IMG/VR virus record: IMGVR_UViG_3300017782_004332
Span: 32,001 to 96,000 of that record
Length of the DNA stretch: 64,000 nt
From: a virus
Reading direction: 5' to 3' (one strand)
Shown in pieces: positions 9,221 through 18,947 of the stretch (the first letter of the stretch is position 1; each line of letters opens with the position of its first letter). The position numbers were made by a program, and so were the translations under genes. The notes below the pieces were generated by a model. It worked only from the letters and a program-made list of their open reading frames with translations, searched no databases and was not told the DNA's origin.

Positions 9221-10990
9221 ATGGCAGATAACTACATTACAAATTATAACGGTTCTATTACCGCATTAAGCGATAATATTGATGTTAACGGAAAATCAAT
9301 ACAAGGTGCTGAAGTAAACATCAGAACAAACGCTTCCAACGGTGACGTTAACATTGATGCTAACGGCACAGGTAATGTTGTACTTTCCGGATTGAAATTT
9401 CCCAATACTGATGGTAATCCCAATGATGTATTAATTACAGATAGTTTTGGAAATTTAAGTTTTGCTCCACCATCAGCAGGTGGTGCAAGTGGTAGTTATT
9501 ATTGGCAAGTTGCCGCAGATGATTCAACAGAAATTAGAGTCCTTTCAGATAACACAATTAAATTTATTGGTGGTACTGGGTTAACTTCTGCATCTGATGC
9601 ACAAGGTAATATTACATTTAATCAAGTATCAAATGACTTTTCATTAACAGGAGAAGCAACTGCTTCCGCTGTATCATATGATGGTACAGGTAACGTAGCG
9701 TTGTCAGTAACACTTGATCATAATGCATTAGATACTGAATACTTAAGATTAGACGGAACAACACAACCGGCAGGAGCATTGAACTTTAATGGACAAAATG
9801 TTACAAATGCTGGAGCAATTACAGCAACAAGTTTTACAGGACCACTTACAGGAAACACAACAGGGTATCACACAGGTGACGTAAAAGGTAGTGTTGTTGC
9901 AGATGACAGTACACTTATTGTCGATGCTGTAGGCGGCGGTGTTCCTTTTACAAGAATATTAAATAAACCAACCGATGTTGCAGGTTATGGAATTACAGAT
10001 GCACTTGCACTTTCAAGTTTAAGTGTTGGAGCAGATGCTTCAGCAAGTGGCAGTGGTGGAATTGCATTTAATGATGGAACAGGTGTTTTCACTTACACTC
10101 CACCAGACTTTACGCCTTATCTAACTGCTGAAACAGATACACTAGATAATGTAACTGGCAGAGGTGCTACAACAACAAACGATATTACAGTTGGAACAAT
10201 TACAACAACAGGTACTAATGCAATTACAACTGCTGATTTAACAATTTCCGGAACTACAATTAGAGGAACTACTTCAAATTCAAATATTGAAATTGATCCT
10301 TCTGGAACTGGTGTTGTAGATATTAAGTCTGGTATTACTATGCCAGATGCGTCTAACTTTACTATTGGTACAGGAAATACTATTGCAGGCGCAGGAGCCA
10401 ATGTATTAGATGTTGCTTCACAAACATTAACACTAAAAGCAAATACATTTACAGTTAAAAACTTTGCCGATGATAATACGTTGTTGAGTGCAAACAATGG
10501 TGGTAATGTTCACTTATACTATAACAATGTAGCAAAACTAAACACTAGTGCAGATGGTGTTGCTGTTACAGGTGAACTAGAAGTTTCAACAAATTTAAAT
10601 GTTACAGGAGACATAGGTAGTGCTAACCTAACAAATGGTAGAATTACTTTTGCTACAACAAATGGTGTTCTTACAGACAATCCAAAACTAACTTGGAATG
10701 GTGCAACACTTGATGTTAATGGTACAGTTGATGCAACTACTGTTGAGACAGAAGGATTAACGATTACACAAAACGATATTAGTGGTACACGTTCAAATGA
10801 AAACTTAACTATCGCCGCTAATGGTACAGGAAAAGTACAAATTGATGATCCTATGGTAGTTGGTGCAACACTAGAAACAACAATTGGTTCAGATGGCGCG
10901 GCGGCTGGATTGCCGGCGGCACCAGAACGATATTTAAAAATTAACGTTAATGGAGCAGATTATAAAATTCCATTATACTTAATATCATAG
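9221..10990 (+). CDS. Virion tail fibre-like structural protein
   Basis: G/T/N-rich beta repeats, repeated ADDST motif, NGTGxV repeats, C-terminal YLKINVNGADYKIPLY; TAAATA upstream. Confidence 0.7.
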   Translation: MADNYITNYNGSITALSDNIDVNGKSIQGAEVNIRTNASNGDVNIDANGTGNVVLSGLKFPNTDGNPNDVLITDSFGNLSFAPPSAGGASGSYYWQVAADDSTEIRVLSDNTIKFIGGTGLTSASDAQGNITFNQVSNDFSLTGEATASAVSYDGTGNVALSVTLDHNALDTEYLRLDGTTQPAGALNFNGQNVTNAGAITATSFTGPLTGNTTGYHTGDVKGSVVADDSTLIVDAVGGGVPFTRILNKPTDVAGYGITDALALSSLSVGADASASGSGGIAFNDGTGVFTYTPPDFTPYLTAETDTLDNVTGRGATTTNDITVGTITTTGTNAITTADLTISGTTIRGTTSNSNIEIDPSGTGVVDIKSGITMPDASNFTIGTGNTIAGAGANVLDVASQTLTLKANTFTVKNFADDNTLLSANNGGNVHLYYNNVAKLNTSADGVAVTGELEVSTNLNVTGDIGSANLTNGRITFATTNGVLTDNPKLTWNGATLDVNGTVDATTVETEGLTITQNDISGTRSNENLTIAANGTGKVQIDDPMVVGATLETTIGSDGAAAGLPAAPERYLKINVNGADYKIPLYLIS

Positions 10991-10998
10991 GATAGATA

Positions 10999-11463
10999 AT
11001 GACAGACTTTATACAAAATATTAATTTAAGTTGGGATAGCACAGAAACTAATCCTGTACTAGCAGGCGACCTTGACACGAATAACAATAACATCACAAGT
11101 TCAAATAATGCTAATATTAATATTGTTCCTAATGGAGCAGGTCAACTAATCCTTGATACTGTTAAAGTAGTAGGTAATACTATTAGTACAGTTAACGGAC
11201 AACCATTAACATTTAGTAATAACGTAACATTCTCAGGAACAGTAGAAACAGCAGGTGCAGGTACTCCTGTGCTAGAAAGTAGTACTGATATAGAACTTGA
11301 TGCAACTAATAGAGTTATTATTAAAAACTCACCTTTTAAATTAACTTCGTATACTACAACTGCAAGAAACGCTCTTTCAGCACAAAACGGTGATATGATT
11401 TATAATTCTACTACAAATAAGTTTCAAGGATATGCAAACGGTTCTTGGGTCGACTTACATTAA
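10999..11463 (+). CDS. Virion structural/tail-associated protein
   Basis: PVLAGDLDTN motif and C-terminal TTTARNAL..NGDMIYNSTTNKFQGYANGSW domain typical of phage fibres. Confidence 0.7.
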   Translation: MTDFIQNINLSWDSTETNPVLAGDLDTNNNNITSSNNANINIVPNGAGQLILDTVKVVGNTISTVNGQPLTFSNNVTFSGTVETAGAGTPVLESSTDIELDATNRVIIKNSPFKLTSYTTTARNALSAQNGDMIYNSTTNKFQGYANGSWVDLH

Positions 11464-11474
11464 GGTAGGATATA

Positions 11475-13538
11475 ATGGCTGATAACAGGTATTACGAATT
11501 AGCAACACACAACGAAGCACAATTTGATGAATTGTTTCTAGAGATAACAGGAACAGCATCAAGCCCAGATACAATTCCAGATAGAGCAGTTGAAAACACA
11601 GAATACTTTCAACATAGTCCTGTGCGTGGAGAATTTTTACTTACTGACGATGAAGCAGAAAATTTAAAAACAGATGCAAGAATAAAATACATTCAACTAT
11701 CACCAGACAAGTATCCTGATATTTTTAACGCAACTGAAGATGACCTTCGTGCAGACGTTACAGGTAATGAATATGAAAGATATAGTTTTTCTGTTAAGAA
11801 CTATCAGTTCTGGGCAAATAGTGGGGCGATATCAAGTGCATTTGGTACAGGCGCGGCAGATCTTAATCATGCATCAAATCAACTTTATAGAATGGGTCAA
11901 CAAAGAAACCCATGGATTGTAAGTGGTACTAGTAGTACAACTGCTATCTCAGATACTATTACACAACGAGGTGCAGGAGAAGATATAGATATTATTTGTG
12001 CTGATAACGGAACATGGATTGGCCATGTTGAATTTATTAATACAGGTGTTACTAATGCTGTTAATCCAGATGATTACACAGGCGGTAATGTTTTACCCGG
12101 CAACGGATATTGTGATGTATTAGATGTTATTTTAGATGGACCTTATTATATAGATCCAGATTGGTTTAACGCTGATGCGGCGACTAGATTAACCACACGT
12201 TGGGACGGAACAACAGTGCCTGTAGAAAGTGTTGCTAGAACATGGTGGGGAAACAGTTCTCAACGTTCTGCCGCATTTGCTAGTGCAGGAACAGTAACAA
12301 TAAGTTCATTTTACACAAGAGATGGTGTACATGGATCTAACACAACACATCCAACAGGTGCCGCGGCTACACACGGAACTCAGTGTGCAAGTTTGATATA
12401 CGGTCGTACACACGGTTGGGCATACAACGCAAACAAATGGCATTTAAATTTATACGGCGCTAGTAACGCAGGGTCAATTGAGCGTGGGTTTGATATTCAA
12501 AAGATTTTCCATGAAAACAAACCTAACAATTCAAGATACGGAACTAAAGATCCAACTATAAGTTCAAACAGTTGGGGATATAGAGCAGACAAGTCAGGAA
12601 CACATTATTATTTTCGTGATAGCGGAGCAGTAAGTTATCCTGGATCAGTTGACGAACCAGAATTTTTAAAGTATATGGGTATAGATGGAGATGGTGGTCG
12701 TTGGAAATCAGAATTTTATGATAATAGTTTAACTCAGGCTGGAGAAGAATTAGTAAACAGTGGAGTTATTTTTGTAGTGGCGGCTGGCAACAGTGGACAG
12801 ATGCAAGTTAATCCAAGCCATCCTAATTACGATAATAGAATTGCTAACAATAATACTGATAGTTTTTACAATACCACTTACAGTAGTTTTGGTTATAGTG
12901 TTACAGGGTCTACAAATAGAAGAGGTTTCCCACAACACATTGGTAAATCAGTAAGTCAAAGTTCACAAGGTGATACAGTAAACTTTCCTGCTATTAACGT
13001 AGGAGCACTAGATGATTCATTTCAAACTGGTCCATTAGAACGTAAAGTTAATTATAGTGATATGGGGAATGCTATTGACTTATACGCACCTGCAGACGGA
13101 ACACTTGCGGCGGCAGTAGGAACATATGGAACTGATGTTGCACGTCATGATGATACTTACACAGATCTATCAACAACAGATTGTCGTGATACACGCTTTA
13201 GTGGTACTTCAGCGGCATGTCCAGTTGCGGCAGGATTTTTAGCAACTATCTTACAATACAATAGAGGTTGGACTTATACTGATGTACGAAATTGGATTAC
13301 AACTAATGTTCAAGGTGTTGACAGCACCAACGAATTTTATGTAGGCACAGAAGATACTACAGCCGAAAGCGCCGGTTGGGCTGATCGCAACAAACCACAA
13401 AATAGTGCAGATGATGTACGAGTTCTTTATCTAGCACCTTTTACAATTTCAACACCCGACCCACAAACAAACCCTACTGTTTCAATTGGTAATGGATTAA
13501 CGTTCAGTAAAGGTCTAGTTCTTAAAAGACGTGTGTAG
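11475..13538 (+). CDS. Subtilisin-like (S8) serine protease
   Basis: Catalytic D (DIICADNG), H (HGTQCAS), oxyanion N (AAGNSG), S (FSGTSAACP). Confidence 0.88.
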   Translation: MADNRYYELATHNEAQFDELFLEITGTASSPDTIPDRAVENTEYFQHSPVRGEFLLTDDEAENLKTDARIKYIQLSPDKYPDIFNATEDDLRADVTGNEYERYSFSVKNYQFWANSGAISSAFGTGAADLNHASNQLYRMGQQRNPWIVSGTSSTTAISDTITQRGAGEDIDIICADNGTWIGHVEFINTGVTNAVNPDDYTGGNVLPGNGYCDVLDVILDGPYYIDPDWFNADAATRLTTRWDGTTVPVESVARTWWGNSSQRSAAFASAGTVTISSFYTRDGVHGSNTTHPTGAAATHGTQCASLIYGRTHGWAYNANKWHLNLYGASNAGSIERGFDIQKIFHENKPNNSRYGTKDPTISSNSWGYRADKSGTHYYFRDSGAVSYPGSVDEPEFLKYMGIDGDGGRWKSEFYDNSLTQAGEELVNSGVIFVVAAGNSGQMQVNPSHPNYDNRIANNNTDSFYNTTYSSFGYSVTGSTNRRGFPQHIGKSVSQSSQGDTVNFPAINVGALDDSFQTGPLERKVNYSDMGNAIDLYAPADGTLAAAVGTYGTDVARHDDTYTDLSTTDCRDTRFSGTSAACPVAAGFLATILQYNRGWTYTDVRNWITTNVQGVDSTNEFYVGTEDTTAESAGWADRNKPQNSADDVRVLYLAPFTISTPDPQTNPTVSIGNGLTFSKGLVLKRRV

Positions 13539-13585
13539 TTTATAATAGTAGCATAAATACTTTTGAGCGAAACAGAGGGTATATT

Positions 13586-13864
13586 ATGGATTTTTTAACG
13601 TTTATCGGTGAAGTTGGTTTTCCTATAGCAGGAGCAATCGCCGCAGGCGTATTTGTTTTCACAACATTAAAATTTATTCTAGCAAGTGTAACAGGATCTG
13701 TACAAGGTCTTAAAAATATTATCAATGCACTAGACAATCGTGTGCAAACAATGAATAATGATCTAATTAAAATTGATGCCCTACTATCTCATGTAGTTGG
13801 GGTTAAACCTAACATAGAAAGATTAGCCGCGAACGAAGGCAAGGAAGATGCAAGGAGAGATTAA
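13586..13864 (+). CDS. Membrane-anchored coiled-coil protein with GFPI motif
   Basis: N-terminal TM VGFPIAGAIAAGVFVF; paralogous to 14246-14566. Confidence 0.75.
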   Translation: MDFLTFIGEVGFPIAGAIAAGVFVFTTLKFILASVTGSVQGLKNIINALDNRVQTMNNDLIKIDALLSHVVGVKPNIERLAANEGKEDARRD

Positions 13865-14047
13865 ATGATTTGGATGGACTACCTCGTAGAAAGTTTCCCA
13901 GACGGAAGTTTCACAGTTAAAGGTGATTGGCCACAAGAAGTAATGGGCAAACAAAAAGATGGTGCCGACAAAGGTTATGCATTATATAAACCAGGTGACA
14001 AGTTTGTTGTTGACAACAACGGTATTTTAAGGAAAGTAAACGCATGA
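13865..14047 (+). CDS. Hypothetical protein
   Basis: 60 aa ORF abutting both neighbours, AGGAG SD. Confidence 0.65.
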   Translation: MIWMDYLVESFPDGSFTVKGDWPQEVMGKQKDGADKGYALYKPGDKFVVDNNGILRKVNA

Positions 14048-14244
14048 AGAATTTTTATAGAACAGTAACAGGCCATAAACCAACTGACGATTTTTTGCAA
14101 AGACAAGGTATCTGGTACGATAGCGATATGATTAAATCAGTTCTTATTGGTTTAGCAATAGGAGTTGCACTTGGATTCATTTGGGGATTTGGTGTAGGTG
14201 CTCCAGACTTTAGTGGACTCGTATCCACAGGAATAACAGGATAG
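14044..14244 (+). CDS. Small membrane protein
   Basis: TM segment VLIGLAIGVALGFIWGFGVG; ATGA overlap with upstream gene. Confidence 0.65.
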   Translation: MKNFYRTVTGHKPTDDFLQRQGIWYDSDMIKSVLIGLAIGVALGFIWGFGVGAPDFSGLVSTGITG

Positions 14245-14245
14245 T

Positions 14246-14566
14246 ATGACATCAGAGTTAGCGGCGGCAATAAAAGACTTTGGCTTTCCTATTGTTGCGG
14301 CAATGGGTTTAGGTTACTTTGTCTACTATGTTTGGCAATGGGTAACACTACAAGTTAAACCTGTTCTAAGTGATGCTAGTGCAACACTTATTAAATTAGT
14401 AGATCGTATTCGTATGCTAGACAACGATATGATTAGACTAAACACAAAATTATCTATGATACTTGAATACTATCAGAAAAAAGGTATGGAACCTGATAAG
14501 GATCTAGAAAAAGTTATTACAAAATATCAATCTCAAAGTAATACACTTAAACAAGATAAAAAATAA
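14246..14566 (+). CDS. Membrane-anchored coiled-coil protein with GFPI motif
   Basis: FGFPIVAAMGLGYFVYYVW then DRIRMLDNDMIRL; paralogue of 13586-13864. Confidence 0.75.
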   Translation: MTSELAAAIKDFGFPIVAAMGLGYFVYYVWQWVTLQVKPVLSDASATLIKLVDRIRMLDNDMIRLNTKLSMILEYYQKKGMEPDKDLEKVITKYQSQSNTLKQDKK

Positions 14567-16618
14567 TTATTTGGTTGTTGCTATAAAGACGCCGTTCCAG
14601 TCTTTAGGTAAGTCTTGTGTTTTCTGATATTTACAACGTTCAATCCACATATCATAATAAGCATCCATTTGTCCATCAAATTGTCCTTTAAGGTCTTTAC
14701 ACATTTTAATAGCAATATCAAAACGTTGATCTTTATATTCTTTGTGCATATGATCGTGTAGTTCTTTTGCCTTAGCATGATCTTTTATAACAATATCTAA
14801 TACTGTCCATATACCTATTCCTACACTCTTGCCTTTAACAGCAAGATCATCTACTTTTAAGTAGAAGAAATCATTCTTAGTTGCTTTATAAGTTGTTTCA
14901 CCTACTAATAGCAAACATCCGTATTCTTTACACTTGCTTTCAATTCTTGCGGCTGTGCTGACGGCATCACCAAGTACATCGTAGGAGTGTCTTGCTGTCG
15001 ACCCCATTTCTCCAAGGTAACCAAGTCCGGAGTTAATACCCGCTCCCATACCGATGGCTGGCCTTCCTTCTGCTGTAATTTTTTCATTAAACTTCTCCAC
15101 TGCTCGTAGCATATTCAATCCAGTGCGGACTGCACTCTTAGGATGATCTGGATCATCAAGTGGTGCACCATGTACATGCATACTTGCATCTCCTATATAC
15201 TTAATTATCATTCCGTTTTCGTTTAAAACAGGTAAAGTAATAGCGTCCATATATGAGTTCATAAGTGTTGTCAATCCTTTTACATCATCTCCAAAACTTT
15301 CACCCAAAGGAGTAAAGCCTCTCAGATCACTGAAGCAGATTGAAATTTCTTTCTTCATGCCTTCTTTGATCAGTGCAGGATTTTCTTGTAGCATACGCAC
15401 AACTGTTGGTGATGCATATCCTGCGAACTGTTTCTTAATTGCTTGTTTTTCAAAGAACTCTTTGGAAAATCGATTGAACACAGAATGGAAACCAACAATA
15501 GTAGTTACTAGTACTATCCAACTCCAATCCCATAACTGTAGATGCCCTATAAACGCTGTATAAGCACCGTACACAGGCGCTATGATTACTGTAAGCATAG
15601 TAGTACCAACGACCCAGTAAGGCGCTTTAAACGCTATTATAATTAGAATAAGACCTATAATAGTAGCAGTTATATACTCTAAAAACGTAGCATAATCAAA
15701 ACGTACAATAGTATCCCCATTAATGATAGTTTGGAGACTTGTGCCTATAAGTTCGTGTGCATATCGTTCTCCGTTTGGAGTAGCAATAATACTGCCTATA
15801 CCTTCTGCTGTAGTTCCAATAATAACTGTTTTGCCTGCAAATTGTGTGTAATCTTGTTCTGTTATACTGTAGGTAGGAAACTGCTTGTTCCAACGTAGCC
15901 ATATCTGTCCATTTGCATCTGTTTTGATTGTGGCGTACTTTGGAATACGCATTGCAGTAATACCGCCTTCTTGCGTTTTAACTTGATAACTTGGATCTCC
16001 AACAGCAACTCTGATGGCTTCAATTGCTATAGCAGGATATGTTTCGTTGCCTACACGTACAATAAGTGGCATTCTACGTACAACCCCGTCTATCTCTGAA
16101 CCTGTGTTTAAAACTCCAACACCGTCTGCATTTAATCCTAATAATTCTATTGGTCCTAACATGCCAGGCCATTCAAACAACCATGGCATAGGATCGCCTA
16201 TCTTAGCAACACCTCGTGGTACAGAATTCTTGTTTGCATTTCGCGAACCTACTTGTCCTATGACTACAGCATTACCTACTAATGCTTGAGCAAGTTCCAT
16301 GTCACCACCAAGTCTATCTTCCTCTGAAAATAATATAGGCAGTACAATTACTCCTGCACCTGACTCACGTAACTTCCATATAACATCAGCGAGTACTGAA
16401 CGTTTCCAAGGCCATTGCCCATACTGCTCGATCGCTTTTTCGTCTATCTCAAGTATGGCGATATCTTCGCTAACAACTGGAGTATCGTATTGTTGAACAA
16501 CATCAAATGCTTTTAGTCTCAATAGTTGCTTAACATAAGGATCTGAAAATCCGTATATTGTAAGAAATGCTAAAGTAATCAGGGCGGTTGCCCAGTGGGT
16601 TACATATTTCATACTCAT
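14567..16618 (-). CDS. CHASE2-domain membrane adenylate/guanylate cyclase (class III)
   Basis: N-terminal TM, CHASE2 motifs (IDEKAIEQYGQWPW.R, DGVVRRMPL), three TMs, cyclase motifs FSDLRGFT, IKYIGDA, GAGINSG, YDVLGDAV, VKGK; C-terminal TPR-like region ending WNGVF; start may be ATG 16612. Confidence 0.93.
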   Translation of the reverse strand: MSMKYVTHWATALITLAFLTIYGFSDPYVKQLLRLKAFDVVQQYDTPVVSEDIAILEIDEKAIEQYGQWPWKRSVLADVIWKLRESGAGVIVLPILFSEEDRLGGDMELAQALVGNAVVIGQVGSRNANKNSVPRGVAKIGDPMPWLFEWPGMLGPIELLGLNADGVGVLNTGSEIDGVVRRMPLIVRVGNETYPAIAIEAIRVAVGDPSYQVKTQEGGITAMRIPKYATIKTDANGQIWLRWNKQFPTYSITEQDYTQFAGKTVIIGTTAEGIGSIIATPNGERYAHELIGTSLQTIINGDTIVRFDYATFLEYITATIIGLILIIIAFKAPYWVVGTTMLTVIIAPVYGAYTAFIGHLQLWDWSWIVLVTTIVGFHSVFNRFSKEFFEKQAIKKQFAGYASPTVVRMLQENPALIKEGMKKEISICFSDLRGFTPLGESFGDDVKGLTTLMNSYMDAITLPVLNENGMIIKYIGDASMHVHGAPLDDPDHPKSAVRTGLNMLRAVEKFNEKITAEGRPAIGMGAGINSGLGYLGEMGSTARHSYDVLGDAVSTAARIESKCKEYGCLLLVGETTYKATKNDFFYLKVDDLAVKGKSVGIGIWTVLDIVIKDHAKAKELHDHMHKEYKDQRFDIAIKMCKDLKGQFDGQMDAYYDMWIERCKYQKTQDLPKDWNGVFIATTK

Positions 16619-16631
16619 ATTTACCTAGTCA

Positions 16632-16682
16632 GACCGTCAAATTTCCAACATTCTTGTTGTACAAATTATTTCGACCGTCAAA
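16632..16682. repeat. Direct repeat GACCGTCAAA x2 in the divergent promoter region
   Basis: Copies at 16632-16641 and 16673-16682, 41 bp apart. Confidence 0.6.
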
Positions 16683-16739
16683 ATTTTGTACCAGCATTAT
16701 TTGTGGGGTGGCGTTGGTAAATACGTATGGAGGGCAATA

Positions 16740-17210
16740 ATGCGTAATAACATAACATTTAGAGTAGTACCACTAATCGGACTATTAATCGTTACTTTAA
16801 CAGCAAATTCTGTTGCTAGTGAACTAGTACATGAATTCAAGAATCCTTCCTTCTCAGGACAGGGTTATAGTAACCATGTCTTGTCAATAGAACAATTACA
16901 ATTCCAACGTAAAAAAGAAGCACAGGAAAAGGCAGAGGCAGATGCGGCCAAGGCTAAGCGTGAAGCAGAAAGCACTACACTAGCAAAGTTCTTGAACAAT
17001 GTGGAATCTCGAATTTATGCTCAACTCTCTAAACAGTTAGTAGATAATATGTTTACTGACGATGGAGACACATCAGGCACTGCTGAGATTGAAGGTGCAA
17101 CAATTTATTGGGTCAAAGATACTACCTCGGATACTATTACTGTAACAATTACAAATGAAGACGGTACTACCACAGAGATAGTTGTTCCATTAAGCGGATT
17201 TGGATTTTAA
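16740..17210 (+). CDS. csgF: Curli assembly protein CsgF-like
   Basis: Signal peptide then SELVHEFKNPSFSG; ESRIYAQLS; C-terminal TVTIT.EDGTTTEIVVP; start at ATG 16740 after GGAGG. Confidence 0.85.
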   Translation: MRNNITFRVVPLIGLLIVTLTANSVASELVHEFKNPSFSGQGYSNHVLSIEQLQFQRKKEAQEKAEADAAKAKREAESTTLAKFLNNVESRIYAQLSKQLVDNMFTDDGDTSGTAEIEGATIYWVKDTTSDTITVTITNEDGTTTEIVVPLSGFGF

Positions 17211-18249
17211 GAAAATGAGTAAGATATTGGGTCTGTTTGTGTTATTAACACTACTAGGTGGCTGTGCGACTACTATGCCCGATTCTATGGTCAAAGATCC
17301 ACAAGCGGCAAGAAGTCCTATTGCAAGTATTTTAAAAACAACACCTGAGTTAGACGGACCATTAATCACTATAGCACTTTATAGTTTTACAGATAAAACA
17401 GGACAACGTAAGCCTAGTCAAAATTTTAGTCAATTAAGTTCAGCAGTTACACAAGGTGCTGAAGTTTGGGTCATTGACGCACTACAAAAAGTAGGTAATG
17501 GAACTTACTTTACAGTTTTAGAAAGAATAGGATTAGATAATTTAGTAAAAGAAAGGCAATTAATTAGATCAACAAGGGAGATATATGAAGGCAAGAAAGG
17601 GCAGAATAAATTAAAACCAATGAAGTTTGCAGGTTTAATTTTAGAAGGCGGTGTTGTTGGTTATGACTCGAACATAACCAGTGGTGGCACAGGAGCAAGA
17701 TACTTTGGTATCGGTGCTAACACACAATATCGTACTGACAAAGTTACAGTTGCAATAAGAATTGTGAGTGTACAAACTGGAGAAGTATTATTAAGTGTAG
17801 CCACTGAAAAAACAATCGCCAGTTATTCGTCCGGAGCGGATGTATTTAGGTTTCTTGATTTAGGGACAAAAGCATTAGAAATTGAGGCTGGTGCGGCAAT
17901 CAATGAACCGACCAATTATGCTGTGAGGTCCGCTATTGAAGCGGCTATAGTTGAATTGGTGAAAAATGGAGAAATAAAAGGTCTTTGGAAGTTTAAAGGA
18001 AAAGTGTACAAAGAAAAAGTTGTAGAGGTGCCGAACCAACACAATGAAGTCAAAGTAGATACTCCTTTACCAAACCTCCGCCCACTGCCAGACGTTGAGG
18101 CGTTTAAAAAGTGGCCGGGTCAGACTTTGTATTGTTCAGAGGATAATCTGTGTATACCATCAGATGTTGCTGTGATGCAGTTCAAGTATGAAAGACTGAG
18201 ACAAGAAAACAAAGAAAACAAAGATAGCGAGGATAATAATGATGAATAA
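17200..18249 (+). CDS. csgG: Curli secretion channel CsgG-like outer membrane lipoprotein
   Basis: Lipobox LLGGC; FTDKTGQRKP, SSAVTQGA, FTVLERIGLDNLVKERQLIR, EGGVVGYDSN, GGTGARYFGIG, NEP. Confidence 0.93.
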   Translation: MDFKKMSKILGLFVLLTLLGGCATTMPDSMVKDPQAARSPIASILKTTPELDGPLITIALYSFTDKTGQRKPSQNFSQLSSAVTQGAEVWVIDALQKVGNGTYFTVLERIGLDNLVKERQLIRSTREIYEGKKGQNKLKPMKFAGLILEGGVVGYDSNITSGGTGARYFGIGANTQYRTDKVTVAIRIVSVQTGEVLLSVATEKTIASYSSGADVFRFLDLGTKALEIEAGAAINEPTNYAVRSAIEAAIVELVKNGEIKGLWKFKGKVYKEKVVEVPNQHNEVKVDTPLPNLRPLPDVEAFKKWPGQTLYCSEDNLCIPSDVAVMQFKYERLRQENKENKDSEDNNDE

Positions 18250-18946
18250 ATCATTTGCAATAAGAAATATCCTTTTTGTGGCTATGTTAATCTTTATTTC
18301 ACCGGTGCAGGCGAATGACATTTACATTCAACAGTCAGGTGACAATTTGGATTTAGATATATCACAAGACGGACAAAACAACGTAATCGGTACATCACAA
18401 ACTGGTGTGACTCTTACCGGTAACGCCATGACGTTTAACATTGACCAAATTGGTGGTGCTAACGTTGTATCAGCAATAGTTAAAGGTGTAACTTACACAG
18501 GTAATATTGATCTTACTGGTGACAGTAATGATGTAGCATTACTCTGTGATAGTGCAGGAGCAGGAAACTGTGATACTGTAAGTTTGAGTATTGACATAAC
18601 TGGTTCAAGTGCAGATATTAATGTAAGTGTAGGTGAAGCGGCAGACGCAGAAACCTTCACTGGTACAATAGATATCACAAGTGGTGCATCTGAAACAGTT
18701 ACACTAACAGTAGACGGTAAAAGTGCAATAGCAGATATTGACATTTCAAACAGTTTAGGTAGTGCAGGTAATACAGCAGTGATTGACATTAATGATGATG
18801 GCGATGTCAACGGACACACTTTAACACACAGTCATACAGGAGATGGCGGATTGATTAATATTACGCAGAGCGGGTTATACGATAATATAATTAATCTTAC
18901 AACCAGTGGTGACAGTGCTGATATCGACATAACGCAGGACGATTAA
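18239..18946 (+). CDS. Secreted curlin-repeat (CsgA/CsgB-like) protein
   Basis: Signal peptide ending PVQA; repeats of I-x-Q/I-x-G-x-x-N (IYIQQSGDN, ISQDGQNN, IDQIGGAN, ITQSG..N); acidic. Confidence 0.75.
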   Translation: MMNKSFAIRNILFVAMLIFISPVQANDIYIQQSGDNLDLDISQDGQNNVIGTSQTGVTLTGNAMTFNIDQIGGANVVSAIVKGVTYTGNIDLTGDSNDVALLCDSAGAGNCDTVSLSIDITGSSADINVSVGEAADAETFTGTIDITSGASETVTLTVDGKSAIADIDISNSLGSAGNTAVIDINDDGDVNGHTLTHSHTGDGGLINITQSGLYDNIINLTTSGDSADIDITQDD

Positions 18947-18947
18947 C

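Noticed and set aside
14567-16618. Pycsar/CBASS-type defence cyclase
   Set aside because: Has a periplasmic CHASE2 sensor, TMs and ATP-type specificity residues; no adjacent cNMP-binding effector
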